Shown: piece by piece, positions 20,115 through 29,636 of the stretch | Numbering within the stretch: position 1 is the first letter of the stretch | Layout: each line of letters opens with the position of its first letter | Assembly (NCBI GenBank): GCA_964552125.1 | Contig: CAZKFJ010000001.1 | Location: 1 to 59,964 of the forward strand | Reading direction: 5' to 3' | Length of the DNA stretch: 59,964 bases | Origin: an uncultured Nitrosopumilales archaeon | GTDB taxonomy: Archaea; Thermoproteota; Nitrososphaeria; Nitrososphaerales; UBA57 | Notes under the pieces: model-generated | The model's input: the letters and a program-made list of their open reading frames with translations, nothing else | Database searches by the model: none | Told to the model about the DNA's origin: nothing | Translations under genes and position numbers: made by a program

Positions 20115-20501
20115 TTATTTGAGTAAATTGAACGATTCTAACTCAAATCCGTATAAATTGTCTAATACTACTGAATAATTCTCATTTAGGTATTCTTTTG
20201 CTTTGCCACTTAATGACGCTTTATTTACAGTGAATTTGAAATTAAATTCAGGAGCCTCTCTTGTCTTATTATGTTCATCATCTATCTTTTTTAGAACCTT
20301 TTTATCGCTAATAGTGAGAGTGGCAATTTGCCTTCCATCTGGTAACGGTTTATCAAATTGAATATCAACTTTACTTTCCTTTTTATTTATGTCTAATATA
20401 TATCCAGTTAATTCTAATGTCTCGGATTTTTTCATTTTTACTGCAGAAATTTCTTCTGCTAACCAATTAGGAAATTCTTGTTTACCCAATATTAATCTCA
20501 C
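20115..20501 (-). CDS. hypothetical protein, translationally coupled to pgk
   Basis: 128-aa ORF whose start overlaps the pgk stop by 4 nt. I recognise no motif. Confidence 0.45.
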   Translation of the reverse strand: MRLILGKQEFPNWLAEEISAVKMKKSETLELTGYILDINKKESKVDIQFDKPLPDGRQIATLTISDKKVLKKIDDEHNKTREAPEFNFKFTVNKASLSGKAKEYLNENYSVVLDNLYGFELESFNLLK

Positions 20502-21703
20502 TTGTTGTGTTTCCTTGCGGAATTATTTAAAGCATTTAATAATGGTAACTCTTCGCCAGTCAGATATCTAATTAAAGCACCACCTGCTGTACTTACATGA
20601 TAAATCTTATCTTTTATTTTTAGTTGTGATAACACTGCGCTTAAATGACCTCCACTAGTTATTGTTCTTGCACTTGAATTCGAAAGTTTATTAAGAATTT
20701 CTGTCGTTCCAAGTCTAAACTCTGAATTTTCAAACATTCCCAATGGCCCAGTTATGAAAATATTTTCTGCATTATCGATTTGTTGCGAGTATTTGTTAAT
20801 CGTATTCTGCCCAACATCAAAAATTCTATCTGAAGAGCTAAGCTCTGATAAAGATCTCTCTACTCGTTTTCCATTTTCTTCTACTGCCACATCATCTGCT
20901 AACATAAACTTGTCTGGGTATTTTTCTAATAATAATTTTGCAGTTTTAATTGATTTCTCGTCATCTATGGATGTTGATTCTAAAGGAACTTTTCCAGTCG
21001 CCGCAAGAAAAACATTTCCAATTAAACCACCTAACATTGCTTTATCTATTCTCCCAGCTTCAATTAATTTCTGTATTGATTTTAATCGATCAGGTACTTT
21101 CGCTCCACCTAAGATTGCAGTAAACTTTGTATTGGAATCTTCTACTATTCCTTTCAATGCATTTACTTCACGTTCAACAATTTTACCTGCACATGCGGGT
21201 TTTAATTCAGCAAATCCCACAATTGATGGATGCGATCTATGCGAAGTTGAAAAAGCATCTAATACACAATAATCAATGTGTTCAACTAATTTACTGACCA
21301 GGTGAGATTTTATTGCATCTTCTGGTAACATTTCTGCATTTTCTTCTGCTGTAAATCTTAGATTGTCTAATAATAATATGTCTCCATCATTGAGATTCTT
21401 TATTGAATTAATTGCAGTTGGCCCAAATACATCTGGTATAAAATCTATTTTTCTGTTTAATAGATTTGAAAGCGCTGGTGCATGTTGTTCCATTGAAACA
21501 TAATCTGATTTTCCTAATCTTCCTTGATGAGATGCAACGATTAATTTTGAATCTTTTAATGCATCAATAGTTTCTGCTACTTCTAATAATCTGGAATCAT
21601 CTAGAATTTTTAATGTAGTCGGATCGATAGGACTGTTGATGTCACATCGTAAGAATACTGTCTTTCCCTTGATGTCTAAGTCTTGTATAGATAGCATGGC
21701 CAA
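20498..21703 (-). CDS. pgk: Phosphoglycerate kinase
   Basis: 401 aa. Blocks VFLRCDINSP, SHQGR, LDNLRF and GGAK..DR are typical of PGK. Confidence 0.9.
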   Translation of the reverse strand: MAMLSIQDLDIKGKTVFLRCDINSPIDPTTLKILDDSRLLEVAETIDALKDSKLIVASHQGRLGKSDYVSMEQHAPALSNLLNRKIDFIPDVFGPTAINSIKNLNDGDILLLDNLRFTAEENAEMLPEDAIKSHLVSKLVEHIDYCVLDAFSTSHRSHPSIVGFAELKPACAGKIVEREVNALKGIVEDSNTKFTAILGGAKVPDRLKSIQKLIEAGRIDKAMLGGLIGNVFLAATGKVPLESTSIDDEKSIKTAKLLLEKYPDKFMLADDVAVEENGKRVERSLSELSSSDRIFDVGQNTINKYSQQIDNAENIFITGPLGMFENSEFRLGTTEILNKLSNSSARTITSGGHLSAVLSQLKIKDKIYHVSTAGGALIRYLTGEELPLLNALNNSARKHNK

Positions 21704-21727
21704 TCATACTCTCGAATTTGATTATTG

Positions 21728-22642
21728 TTAGAGCGTTTCTTTTATTGTTTTAGCAATAACATCTGCTACACTAACATAGCTAACTTGGCTTGGAACTGTA
21801 TCCGTTCCTACAACTATTGAAACACCTGAATCATAGATGTTTGCAAGAGCAGAATCGAATGGTGTTTTTCCACGTAGTACAGGATGAGTACATCCAACTA
21901 CAATTTTACCCGCGCCTGCTTCTTGAATTAATTTTACCGCCTCAATAATTGTACCACCAGAGCTAATTATATCATCAATAATTACAACATCCCTTCCATT
22001 TACTGGAAGTGGCTTACCTTCTTTTGTTGTAATACTGACCTCTGTAGCGCTGTATCTGGTCTTAAACATGATTTCGTAATCAACTCCCATAGTTTCTGCA
22101 GCAACTTTGGCCCATTGTTCAGACTCTTCATCAGGTCCTATAACCAATGGATTTTTTAATCCTGCGCTATCTTTGATCCATTTTGCAATGTCTGGAACTG
22201 CACTAAGGTTCTTTGTAGGAGTTTTCTTGATTAACTCACTCAAATCATTGACTCTTTGAAGATGTAAGTCGATTGTATAAATTATATCAATACCTAAATC
22301 ATCAATGATTTTGGATACTAGATGGAAACTTCCAGGCTCGCCTGGGTTGAATCTATTGTCTTGTCGGGCATATGCAAAGTATGGCACAAATGTAGTAATT
22401 GATTTTGCCTTACCATCTTTTAATGCTGAACAAATTAATAGATATTCAATAAATAATTCATCAGGTTTCAAACCCATTGGATGAATTACTACAACGTCTT
22501 CATTTTCAACTTCATCATGATAACGAATATATTTCTCGCCATCTGGGAACTTCGTAATTTCAATTTTACCTAACTTGGCATCCAGTAATTTAGCTACTTT
22601 TGTTGCCAAAACTGTGCCTTCTGATCCACCGTATATTATCAT
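21728..22642 (-). CDS. prs: Ribose-phosphate pyrophosphokinase (PRPP synthetase)
   Basis: 304 aa. It has DLH and the PRPP-binding loop VVIIDDIISSGGT. It lies 13 nt downstream of the e2b2-family gene. Confidence 0.85.
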   Translation of the reverse strand: MIIYGGSEGTVLATKVAKLLDAKLGKIEITKFPDGEKYIRYHDEVENEDVVVIHPMGLKPDELFIEYLLICSALKDGKAKSITTFVPYFAYARQDNRFNPGEPGSFHLVSKIIDDLGIDIIYTIDLHLQRVNDLSELIKKTPTKNLSAVPDIAKWIKDSAGLKNPLVIGPDEESEQWAKVAAETMGVDYEIMFKTRYSATEVSITTKEGKPLPVNGRDVVIIDDIISSGGTIIEAVKLIQEAGAGKIVVGCTHPVLRGKTPFDSALANIYDSGVSIVVGTDTVPSQVSYVSVADVIAKTIKETL

Positions 22643-22655
22643 TTCATATTACCTG

Positions 22656-23630
22656 TTACATTAGTTCTATTAAATCTTTTATTACTAGAGAGGCTGCCGA
22701 AGGTGGTATTATACCTTTCTCTGTAACAATAACGTCAATATTTTCTGGTGGAGTTACATCAAACACCGGATTTTTAATTTTTATATTTGGATATGCTTTT
22801 AGATACTCTTCCGAGCAAACTTCAGTTGCATCTCTTTCTTCAATCTCTGTAAGCTCTCCGTACATTGTATCTGCATAAAATTTGTATGTTTCCGCTGCAG
22901 CCATCAGTTTAACACGAGCTTCATGTGCCACAGCTGCTAATTGTGAAGTACCAATCTTGTTAACTACTGCTCCGTTTACTGCTACTGCATCAGCTCCACA
23001 TACTGCTCGATCAGCCTTCTCAACAAATCGTCTTGCCGCTGAATCTATTATTATTGTAACATCACAACCATGTTTTGACAATGTAGCTGCTGTTTTATGT
23101 CCCTGGAATAAAGGTCGTGTTTCACAACAAATTATTTTAATTCCTTTGCCCATATCATGCGCTGCTTTCAATACACTTATTGCCGCTTCACTATTGCAAA
23201 TCGTAATAACTGTGTCACCATTTCTAATTCGTTTTCCACCATATTCGCCAATTTTATTATATGCGTCTAAACTATTATGAACAAATTGTTCTGCTGCCTT
23301 AACAGTGACCTCTTTTATATTATCTGCTGAATCTCCTGCATTGTATGCCTTTTTGGTTGATGCCAATACAATGTTTACTCCATTTGGAAGAGAAACTGCA
23401 GTAGGTCTTGCCGACCTTAACTTTTCTCCGTTTTTCATTATATCATTATAAAATTGTTCACGGTTTGAATTATTTGTATTCTCTACATAATTCTTTAAAG
23501 CACTTGCCGCTAATCTTGCAATTCTTCCGGCTCCATGGATGCGCATATCTTTGATTTGATTATATGCGGTATCTACATCAATGTCAACTACTCCCGAAAC
23601 TGTCGGAATATTTATTGGATCATCTGTCAT
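22656..23630 (-). CDS. eIF-2B alpha/beta/delta-family protein, probable ribose-1,5-bisphosphate isomerase
   Basis: 324 aa. It has GAGRIARLAA, TICNSEAA (the candidate catalytic Cys) and CGADAVAVNGAVVNKIGT (the candidate catalytic Asp). The size matches the Thermococcus-type R15P isomerase rather than the longer MtnA. RuBisCO is encoded 4.6 kb away. Confidence 0.6.
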   Translation of the reverse strand: MTDDPINIPTVSGVVDIDVDTAYNQIKDMRIHGAGRIARLAASALKNYVENTNNSNREQFYNDIMKNGEKLRSARPTAVSLPNGVNIVLASTKKAYNAGDSADNIKEVTVKAAEQFVHNSLDAYNKIGEYGGKRIRNGDTVITICNSEAAISVLKAAHDMGKGIKIICCETRPLFQGHKTAATLSKHGCDVTIIIDSAARRFVEKADRAVCGADAVAVNGAVVNKIGTSQLAAVAHEARVKLMAAAETYKFYADTMYGELTEIEERDATEVCSEEYLKAYPNIKIKNPVFDVTPPENIDVIVTEKGIIPPSAASLVIKDLIELM

Positions 23631-23742
23631 ATCAATAAAAAATATTCATTATAACTTACTTAAGTGTTGAGAAATATTTTTTAATAACGAAATTGCATTT
23701 TTAAAATTTTTTATAGTTGAATAAAAGAATTAACATATAATC

Positions 23743-24393
23743 ATGAAAATCGCTCCATCTATGTTAGCATCAAAACCAGAAAATTATGTTAAAGATGCAC
23801 AAATTTTAGAAAAGGCAAATGTCGAATGGTTCCATATTGATATGCTTGATGGCACCTTTACTAATACTCATGCTTTTCCAGTAGAAGACCTAAAAATTAT
23901 TAACAACGCTACTGATTTTCCAATGGACATCCATTTGATGACTAATCATCCAATTGAATCATTACCTGAATATATTGAAGCAGGCGGAGATATGCTTACT
24001 GCTCATGTTGAAGCAGTGAACCCAAGAAAATATATCGACGCAGTAAAAAAATACGATAAAATGGTAGGACTAGCTGTGAACCCTGACACTCCTTTATCTT
24101 CTATCGTTGATTATATTGGAGAATTGGATCGAATATTAATTATGACAGTAGTTCCTGGTAAAACGGGTCAATCTTTCATTGAAGCTCCTCTCTCGAAAGT
24201 TAAGGAAGCTCGTCAACTTATTGACAAACATAATTATGATGTAGAGTTATGCGTTGATGGCGGAATCAATGAAAAGACTGCACCTTTAGCTATTGAAGCT
24301 GGTGTAGATGTTGTTGTATGTGGTGCAGGTATTCTCTACAAAGACGATATGATTAAAGCAGTTGAAGATTTACGAGCACTTGCATCTAAGTAA
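23743..24393 (+). CDS. rpe: Ribulose-phosphate 3-epimerase
   Basis: 216 aa. KIAPSMLA, FHIDMLDGTF, MTVVPG and VDGGIN blocks are present. Confidence 0.85.
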   Translation: MKIAPSMLASKPENYVKDAQILEKANVEWFHIDMLDGTFTNTHAFPVEDLKIINNATDFPMDIHLMTNHPIESLPEYIEAGGDMLTAHVEAVNPRKYIDAVKKYDKMVGLAVNPDTPLSSIVDYIGELDRILIMTVVPGKTGQSFIEAPLSKVKEARQLIDKHNYDVELCVDGGINEKTAPLAIEAGVDVVVCGAGILYKDDMIKAVEDLRALASK

Positions 24394-24394
24394 T

Positions 24395-26407
24395 CTATTT
24401 CTTTAGTAATTCTAAACTCTTCTTCACGACATTCTCAACCGTAAAACCAAATTTGTTCATTACATCTTTTCCAGGAGCTGACGTACCGAAAGTTGTCATT
24501 CCTATTTTCTCTCCATCTAAACCAACAAATCTTTCCCAACCAAAAGTACTTGCAGCTTCAACAGAAATTCTTTTTTTAACTGAATTTGGCAATACTTGTT
24601 CTTTATAATCATCTGATTGTTTTTCAAATAATTCCCAACTAGGCATACTTACTACTCTGACATTTACACCCTTATTTTTCAATTCTTTTTGAGCTTCTAC
24701 TGCTAAATGTAATTCAGAACCTGTTGCAATTATTATTAATTCAGGTAGACCTTCTGAATCAATCAGAGTATAACCACCTTTTTGTAAATTTTCCGGTGAA
24801 GAAATCGTATCCTTACTAGATTCTCCATATAAAACAGGTAGTGCTTGTCTTGTCAACACTAATGCAGTTGGACCGCTAGTTGTCTGCAAAGCAGTTTTCC
24901 AGGCAACTACTGTTTCGTTAGCATCACCCGGTCGTATTACAGTAAGATTTGGAACTGCACGTAAATTAGATACTTGTTCAATCGGTTGATGTGTAGGGCC
25001 ATCTTCACCTACTCCTATGCTATCGTGAGTATAGACAAAAACAACACGTAATCCCATCAAAGACGCCAATCTAACCGAACCTCTCATATAGTCTGAAAAA
25101 ATTAGGAATGTACTTCCAAACGGAATTACTCCTCCATAAGCAGCCATTCCATGTACTATTGCACCCATTGCATGTTCTCTTATACCGAAATGGATATTTC
25201 GTCCATGAGGAGCATCTGGTAAAGAATCTACTGAATTCTTAATTCGTACATTTGTGGAATCCATCAAATCTGCTGATCCACCAATTATAGCAGGAATATT
25301 CTCAGCCAATGCATTTAATGTCTTTCCAGACGCTTGTCTTGTAGCAAGAGATTCATCTTCTTTGAATGTAGGCATATTGCTATCCCAATTACTTGGAAGG
25401 TTGCCATTTATTGTATCTTCAAATTCTTCAGCTAGTTCTTTATTTGCATTCTTATACGCGTCATAAATCTTATTCCAGTTGTTCTCATAACCATCTCCGT
25501 TAGTCACAACTTTTTGAAATTCTTGCTTTACTTCATCGGGAATATAAAATGTCGGTTCTAAAGGCCAACCTAGATTCTCTTTCGTAAGCTTCGTTTCTTC
25601 TGCTCCTAATGGAGCTCCGTGTGCAGCTTCACTATCTTGTTTATTTGGACTTCCGAAGCCAATATGCGTTCTAGCAATAATTAACGAAGGTTTTTCCTCC
25701 TGTTCTTGACTATTCTTTATTGCTTCACTAAAACTCGATAAATCATTTCCTTCAATATTCTGGACAAACCATCCATGTGCTTCAAATCTCTTCTTTATAT
25801 CTTCATTTGTAGTTAATTCAGTATTTCCATCAATACTAATGTGATTGTCTAGGTAAACATAGATTAAATTATTGAATTTTTGGTGACCTGCAACAGCAGC
25901 CGCTTCTGAAGAAATTCCTTCCATCAAGTCTCCATCACTGCAAAATGCGTAAATCTTGTGATCGATTATTTTATGATCGTTCGTATTGAATCTGTTAGCT
26001 AGATACCTTTGTGCAAACGCCATACCGACACCCGCACTAAAACCTTGTCCTAATGGACCGGTAGTTGTTTCAACACCTGGAGTCTCTCCAAATTCAGGGT
26101 GACCTGGAGCCTTACTTCCCAGTTTTCTAAACTTCTTAATCTCGTCTAGAGCTAAATCATATCCTGATAGATGCAACAATGCATATAGTATCATTGATCC
26201 ATGACCTGACGATAAAATGAATCGATCTCGATTAACCCATTTTGGATTGCTTGGATTATGTTTTAAAATTTGCGTAAATAATTTGTATCCCATTGCCGCT
26301 GCTTCCATTGGTTGACCCGGATGGCCTGAATTTGCCGCTTCTACAGCATCAACCGACAAAAATCTAATTGTATTGATACATAACTCTTCTAATTTCTTGT
26401 CTATCAT
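24395..26407 (-). CDS. tkt: Transketolase (single full-length polypeptide)
   Basis: 670 aa. It has GHPG.., GPLGQG, a DGD.MEG-type ThDP motif (SDGDLMEGIS) and THDSIGVGEDGPTHQPIEQ. Confidence 0.95.
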   Translation of the reverse strand: MIDKKLEELCINTIRFLSVDAVEAANSGHPGQPMEAAAMGYKLFTQILKHNPSNPKWVNRDRFILSSGHGSMILYALLHLSGYDLALDEIKKFRKLGSKAPGHPEFGETPGVETTTGPLGQGFSAGVGMAFAQRYLANRFNTNDHKIIDHKIYAFCSDGDLMEGISSEAAAVAGHQKFNNLIYVYLDNHISIDGNTELTTNEDIKKRFEAHGWFVQNIEGNDLSSFSEAIKNSQEQEEKPSLIIARTHIGFGSPNKQDSEAAHGAPLGAEETKLTKENLGWPLEPTFYIPDEVKQEFQKVVTNGDGYENNWNKIYDAYKNANKELAEEFEDTINGNLPSNWDSNMPTFKEDESLATRQASGKTLNALAENIPAIIGGSADLMDSTNVRIKNSVDSLPDAPHGRNIHFGIREHAMGAIVHGMAAYGGVIPFGSTFLIFSDYMRGSVRLASLMGLRVVFVYTHDSIGVGEDGPTHQPIEQVSNLRAVPNLTVIRPGDANETVVAWKTALQTTSGPTALVLTRQALPVLYGESSKDTISSPENLQKGGYTLIDSEGLPELIIIATGSELHLAVEAQKELKNKGVNVRVVSMPSWELFEKQSDDYKEQVLPNSVKKRISVEAASTFGWERFVGLDGEKIGMTTFGTSAPGKDVMNKFGFTVENVVKKSLELLKK

Positions 26408-26505
26408 TTTAATTGCCTTTTCTCACGTTATATTGAAATTTGGCCATATATAAATCGAAAAGAAAGATTTTATTATGGCAACAAATTCTATAATATTGAT
26501 AATAA

Positions 26506-27198
26506 ATGAAATTTTTCTTAGATACCGCAAATGTTGAGCAAATCAAAGAAGCAAAAGATATGGGAATGTTGGACGGAGTTACAACTAACCCTACTCTGGT
26601 TGCAAAAGAAAGTAAAGATACCCATGAATTATATTCAGAAATCGTAGAAATCTGTAACGGTAAACCTGTTAGTTTAGAAACTACCACGAACGATACCGCA
26701 AAGATTGTCAAAGAAGGACAAGGACTTGTTGACACATACGGTAAAAACAGTAGTAAAATCTATGTTAAAGTTGCAAATACAAAGGCAGGACTAAAAGCAG
26801 TCCGACAATTGTTTGACTCTGGAATTGATTGTAACGTCACTCTCACTTTCTCTGCCACTCAATATCTATTGGCTGCAAAAGCAGGAGCGCGAGTTGTTAG
26901 TCCGTTTATAGGAAGACTAGATGATATTGGCCTTGATGGTAATTTACATCTTATCGAGGAAATTGAACAAATTCGAAATAATTATAAAGATAACGAGGAA
27001 CACATTCCAAATAAAGCAGACACATTAGTTTCTAGTATTCGACATCCTGTTCATGTAGTGCAAGCTGCCATGATGGGTGCTCCTCTAGCTACAATGCCAT
27101 TCAAAGTACTAGATATGATGTTTAAACATCCATTAACCAAGATTGGATTCGATCAATTCATGTCTGACATGGGTTCTGACGAAACATTAAAGTATTAG
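26506..27198 (+). CDS. tal: Transaldolase / fructose-6-phosphate aldolase family (short TalC/FSA type)
   Basis: 230 aa. It has MKFFLDTANVEQIKEA, GVTTNPTL, a Schiff-base Lys context YVKV and SPFIGRLDD. Confidence 0.85.
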   Translation: MKFFLDTANVEQIKEAKDMGMLDGVTTNPTLVAKESKDTHELYSEIVEICNGKPVSLETTTNDTAKIVKEGQGLVDTYGKNSSKIYVKVANTKAGLKAVRQLFDSGIDCNVTLTFSATQYLLAAKAGARVVSPFIGRLDDIGLDGNLHLIEEIEQIRNNYKDNEEHIPNKADTLVSSIRHPVHVVQAAMMGAPLATMPFKVLDMMFKHPLTKIGFDQFMSDMGSDETLKY

Positions 27199-27221
27199 AA
27201 ACAATAGGAGGAATTTGGAAA

Positions 27222-28172
27222 ATGAAAGTTCTTATAACTGGCACAGGCGGAATGGGTGCACATATTTCAAAAGTTCTGATTGATAAAAATGTTGATACCT
27301 CGTTATACGGTACATGTCGTCAAACTGAAGCTATTTCTAAAATTGTGGATATTGATAAAGTCGAGATGCACAAAGGCGATATATTAGATTCTGCAAAACT
27401 CGAATCTGTTATCAAAGATAATAATATAGATCATATCATTCATACTGCTGGACCTCGTGCCACTCAATGTAGAAATCATGATTATGCAAATGACTCTGAA
27501 ACAGGAATTCGCGTTCATACCATGGGTACCTCTAATGTTCTAGAAGCTGCACGTAAACTTGGCGTTAAAAGAGTTATCTACACTAGTACTGGTTCTGTAT
27601 ATCTTGCAAACAAAGTTCATCCTCCTGACGGAACATTCATTAAAGAAACAGATGCTGTAGTACCTTTTGATAGCAGTGACATTTATGCCTCTGGTAAAGT
27701 CGCTTGTGAGTATCAAGGATTTAATTATGCAAAAGCTTATGGAATAGAATTTGCTTCTATCCGAATGGCACATGTTTACGGACCTTGGCCTGGAGAAATG
27801 GGAAGAGGTAGATCAGTTGGCGAAATGATAGATGCTTTTCTTAATGACCAAGAAATCACTGTTGAAGAACAAGTTGCACAATGGACTTACCTTTATGATT
27901 TAGCAGAAGAGCATTATGCAGCTTTAACTTCTCCAAATCTCAAACATGAAATATTTAATGCAGGTTCCGGAACAATATCCGGGTTATCTGATGTAAAAGA
28001 TATCTTAGGTAAAAAAGGCGACGTATCAAAAATTCATGTTGATACTTCTAAACCTGGTTCAAAGAAATTCCCATTCGATATGAGTGCCGCCGCAGACAAA
28101 TTAAATTTCAAAAATAAATATGATTTGGAAGCCGGTGTAGAAAACCTTATTAGTTATTATTCAAAAAAATAA
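27222..28172 (+). CDS. NAD-dependent epimerase/dehydratase (extended SDR family)
   Basis: 316 aa. Rossmann motif ITGTGGMGAHI and catalytic YASGK (YxxxK). It lies 23 nt downstream of tal. Confidence 0.7.
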   Translation: MKVLITGTGGMGAHISKVLIDKNVDTSLYGTCRQTEAISKIVDIDKVEMHKGDILDSAKLESVIKDNNIDHIIHTAGPRATQCRNHDYANDSETGIRVHTMGTSNVLEAARKLGVKRVIYTSTGSVYLANKVHPPDGTFIKETDAVVPFDSSDIYASGKVACEYQGFNYAKAYGIEFASIRMAHVYGPWPGEMGRGRSVGEMIDAFLNDQEITVEEQVAQWTYLYDLAEEHYAALTSPNLKHEIFNAGSGTISGLSDVKDILGKKGDVSKIHVDTSKPGSKKFPFDMSAAADKLNFKNKYDLEAGVENLISYYSKK

Positions 28173-28205
28173 TCTCTAATTTTCTATAATAGGAATTCCA
28201 TAAAC

Positions 28206-28215
28206 GTATAAATAT
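28206..28215 (+). promoter_or_regulatory. Candidate archaeal TATA box upstream of the RuBisCO gene
   Basis: GTATAAATAT lies about 33 nt upstream of ATG 28243. This would give a near-leaderless transcript and argues against the TTG at 28234 as the start. Confidence 0.3.
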
Positions 28216-28242
28216 CCCAAAGCACATTTTTTTTTGATTAAG

Positions 28243-29634
28243 ATGCCAGAAATCAAAAGACAATGGAATACACCAACTGTTGAACACAGTGAAAGTAGTG
28301 TATTTCAAACAACCCCTGATCAAATAGATCCAGAAAAGTACGTTGTCGCAACATATTTCATCACTTGTGATCCTAGAATGACTATCGATCACGCTGGTGT
28401 AATTATTGCTGCTGAACAATCCGTAGGTACTTTTACTGACGTTTCTACTGCAACTGATTTAGCACACAAAACTGCTGCTAAAGTATTCTCCTGGGAATAT
28501 GAAGATCCAAGTGGATCTGCTAAACACTCAGGTTTAGTAAAAGTTGCATACCCCCTTTATCTTCTAGATATGGATAATCGTGGTATCCCTGACCTCTTTA
28601 CATTTATTACAGGAAATTGGATGGGTTTCACTCCAATTCCTAATTGTAAATGGGTTGACTTAGAATTACCTAAGAGTATTCTCAAACTCTTCAAAGGCCC
28701 TCAATTTGGTACTGAAGGTATGAGAAAAATCTGTGGTACAACAGAGACAAGAAGACCTCATCTTGGTGCTACATTAAAACCAAAAATGGGTGTTACAGAC
28801 CAAGGTGCAGCTGATCAATTTTATGATGCAGCTTGTGGTGATTTTGACACTTACAAAGATGATGAAACTTATCATAATCAATGGTGTTCTCCTTTAATGG
28901 ATCGAATTACAAAGATTTATGAAGCACTTGATAAAGCTAAATCTGAAGGACATCATCCTGAAGGTGAGATGTTTTATGTTCCACAAGTCACTTCTGACTT
29001 GGAAACTACCTTGGAAACTGCAGATCGAATGATTGCACATGGTGCTCGAGGAATGATGTTAAACTTTATGTGTACATGGTATCCTGCACTTCGTGCTCTT
29101 GCAGAAGACGCTAGTATCAATGTTCCAATTCACTTACATCGTGCATCACATGCAGCACTTACACGTCATCCAAGACATGGAATTAATCTTCCAGTCACTG
29201 ACTTTATTGCAAGACTTGCAGGCGGTGACATGGTTCATGTTGGAACTGCACGAGGTAAACTCGGAGATCAGAATAAATTCACTGAAATCCCTCAGATTAT
29301 GAATAAGATCCAGGATCCATTAGAACACATTAAACCAATGATGGGAATCTGTTCAGGTGGATTGACACCTCAAAACTACCATTTCTCAATCGATTTAATG
29401 GGTAATGATATCCAACTTCAGAATGGAGGAGGAATTCACGGACATCCTTGGGGAACCAAAGGAGGCGCAATTGGCGCACGACAAGCTGTTGAGGCTTACA
29501 TGCAATCTATTCCAGTCGAAGAATATGCTAAGACACACGAAGAACTTGCAGGTACTATTCAAGCATTCGGCAACAAATACGCCGTTGCAACTGAAGAATC
29601 TGTCGTTCCTGAATTAGGTGAAGGAGAGCAATAG
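28243..29634 (+). CDS. rbcL: Ribulose-1,5-bisphosphate carboxylase/oxygenase large-subunit homolog (form III-like, catalytic residues retained)
   Basis: The following blocks are present: EQSVGTFTD (compare ESSTGTWT), TGNWMGF (compare GN.FGF), GATLKPKMG (K175/K177), YKDDE (carbamylated Lys plus Asp/Glu metal ligands), IHLHRASHAA (H294), VHVGTARGKL (H327/K334), CSGG (S379) and QNGGGIHGHPWG (G403/404). No small-subunit gene is present. Confidence 0.85.
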   Translation: MPEIKRQWNTPTVEHSESSVFQTTPDQIDPEKYVVATYFITCDPRMTIDHAGVIIAAEQSVGTFTDVSTATDLAHKTAAKVFSWEYEDPSGSAKHSGLVKVAYPLYLLDMDNRGIPDLFTFITGNWMGFTPIPNCKWVDLELPKSILKLFKGPQFGTEGMRKICGTTETRRPHLGATLKPKMGVTDQGAADQFYDAACGDFDTYKDDETYHNQWCSPLMDRITKIYEALDKAKSEGHHPEGEMFYVPQVTSDLETTLETADRMIAHGARGMMLNFMCTWYPALRALAEDASINVPIHLHRASHAALTRHPRHGINLPVTDFIARLAGGDMVHVGTARGKLGDQNKFTEIPQIMNKIQDPLEHIKPMMGICSGGLTPQNYHFSIDLMGNDIQLQNGGGIHGHPWGTKGGAIGARQAVEAYMQSIPVEEYAKTHEELAGTIQAFGNKYAVATEESVVPELGEGEQ

Positions 29635-29636
29635 AA

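Noticed and set aside
20754-21272. 172-aa plus-strand ORF. Similar antisense ORFs lie at 7635..8090, 13921..14346, 19255..19722, 22882..23280, 36478..36834, 48176..48607, 54358..54807 and 55048..55530.
   Set aside because: Each is fully embedded antisense in a gene with strong family motifs (pgk, ABC genes, HMGR, e2b2, acyl-CoA ligase, tmk, Pus10). I treat them all as shadow ORFs.
26409-26735. 108-aa minus-strand ORF
   Set aside because: It overlaps the tkt/tal divergent promoter region and the 5' part of the well-supported transaldolase gene, and it has no motif.
28800-28880. Apparent 2-residue insertion next to the carbamylated lysine of RuBisCO (GDFDTYKDDE vs GGLDFTKDDE)
   Set aside because: Right-justified on KDDE, the two strings align without gaps (G-D-F-D-T-Y-K vs G-G-L-D-F-T-K, with the Asp conserved). 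It is substitution, not insertion.
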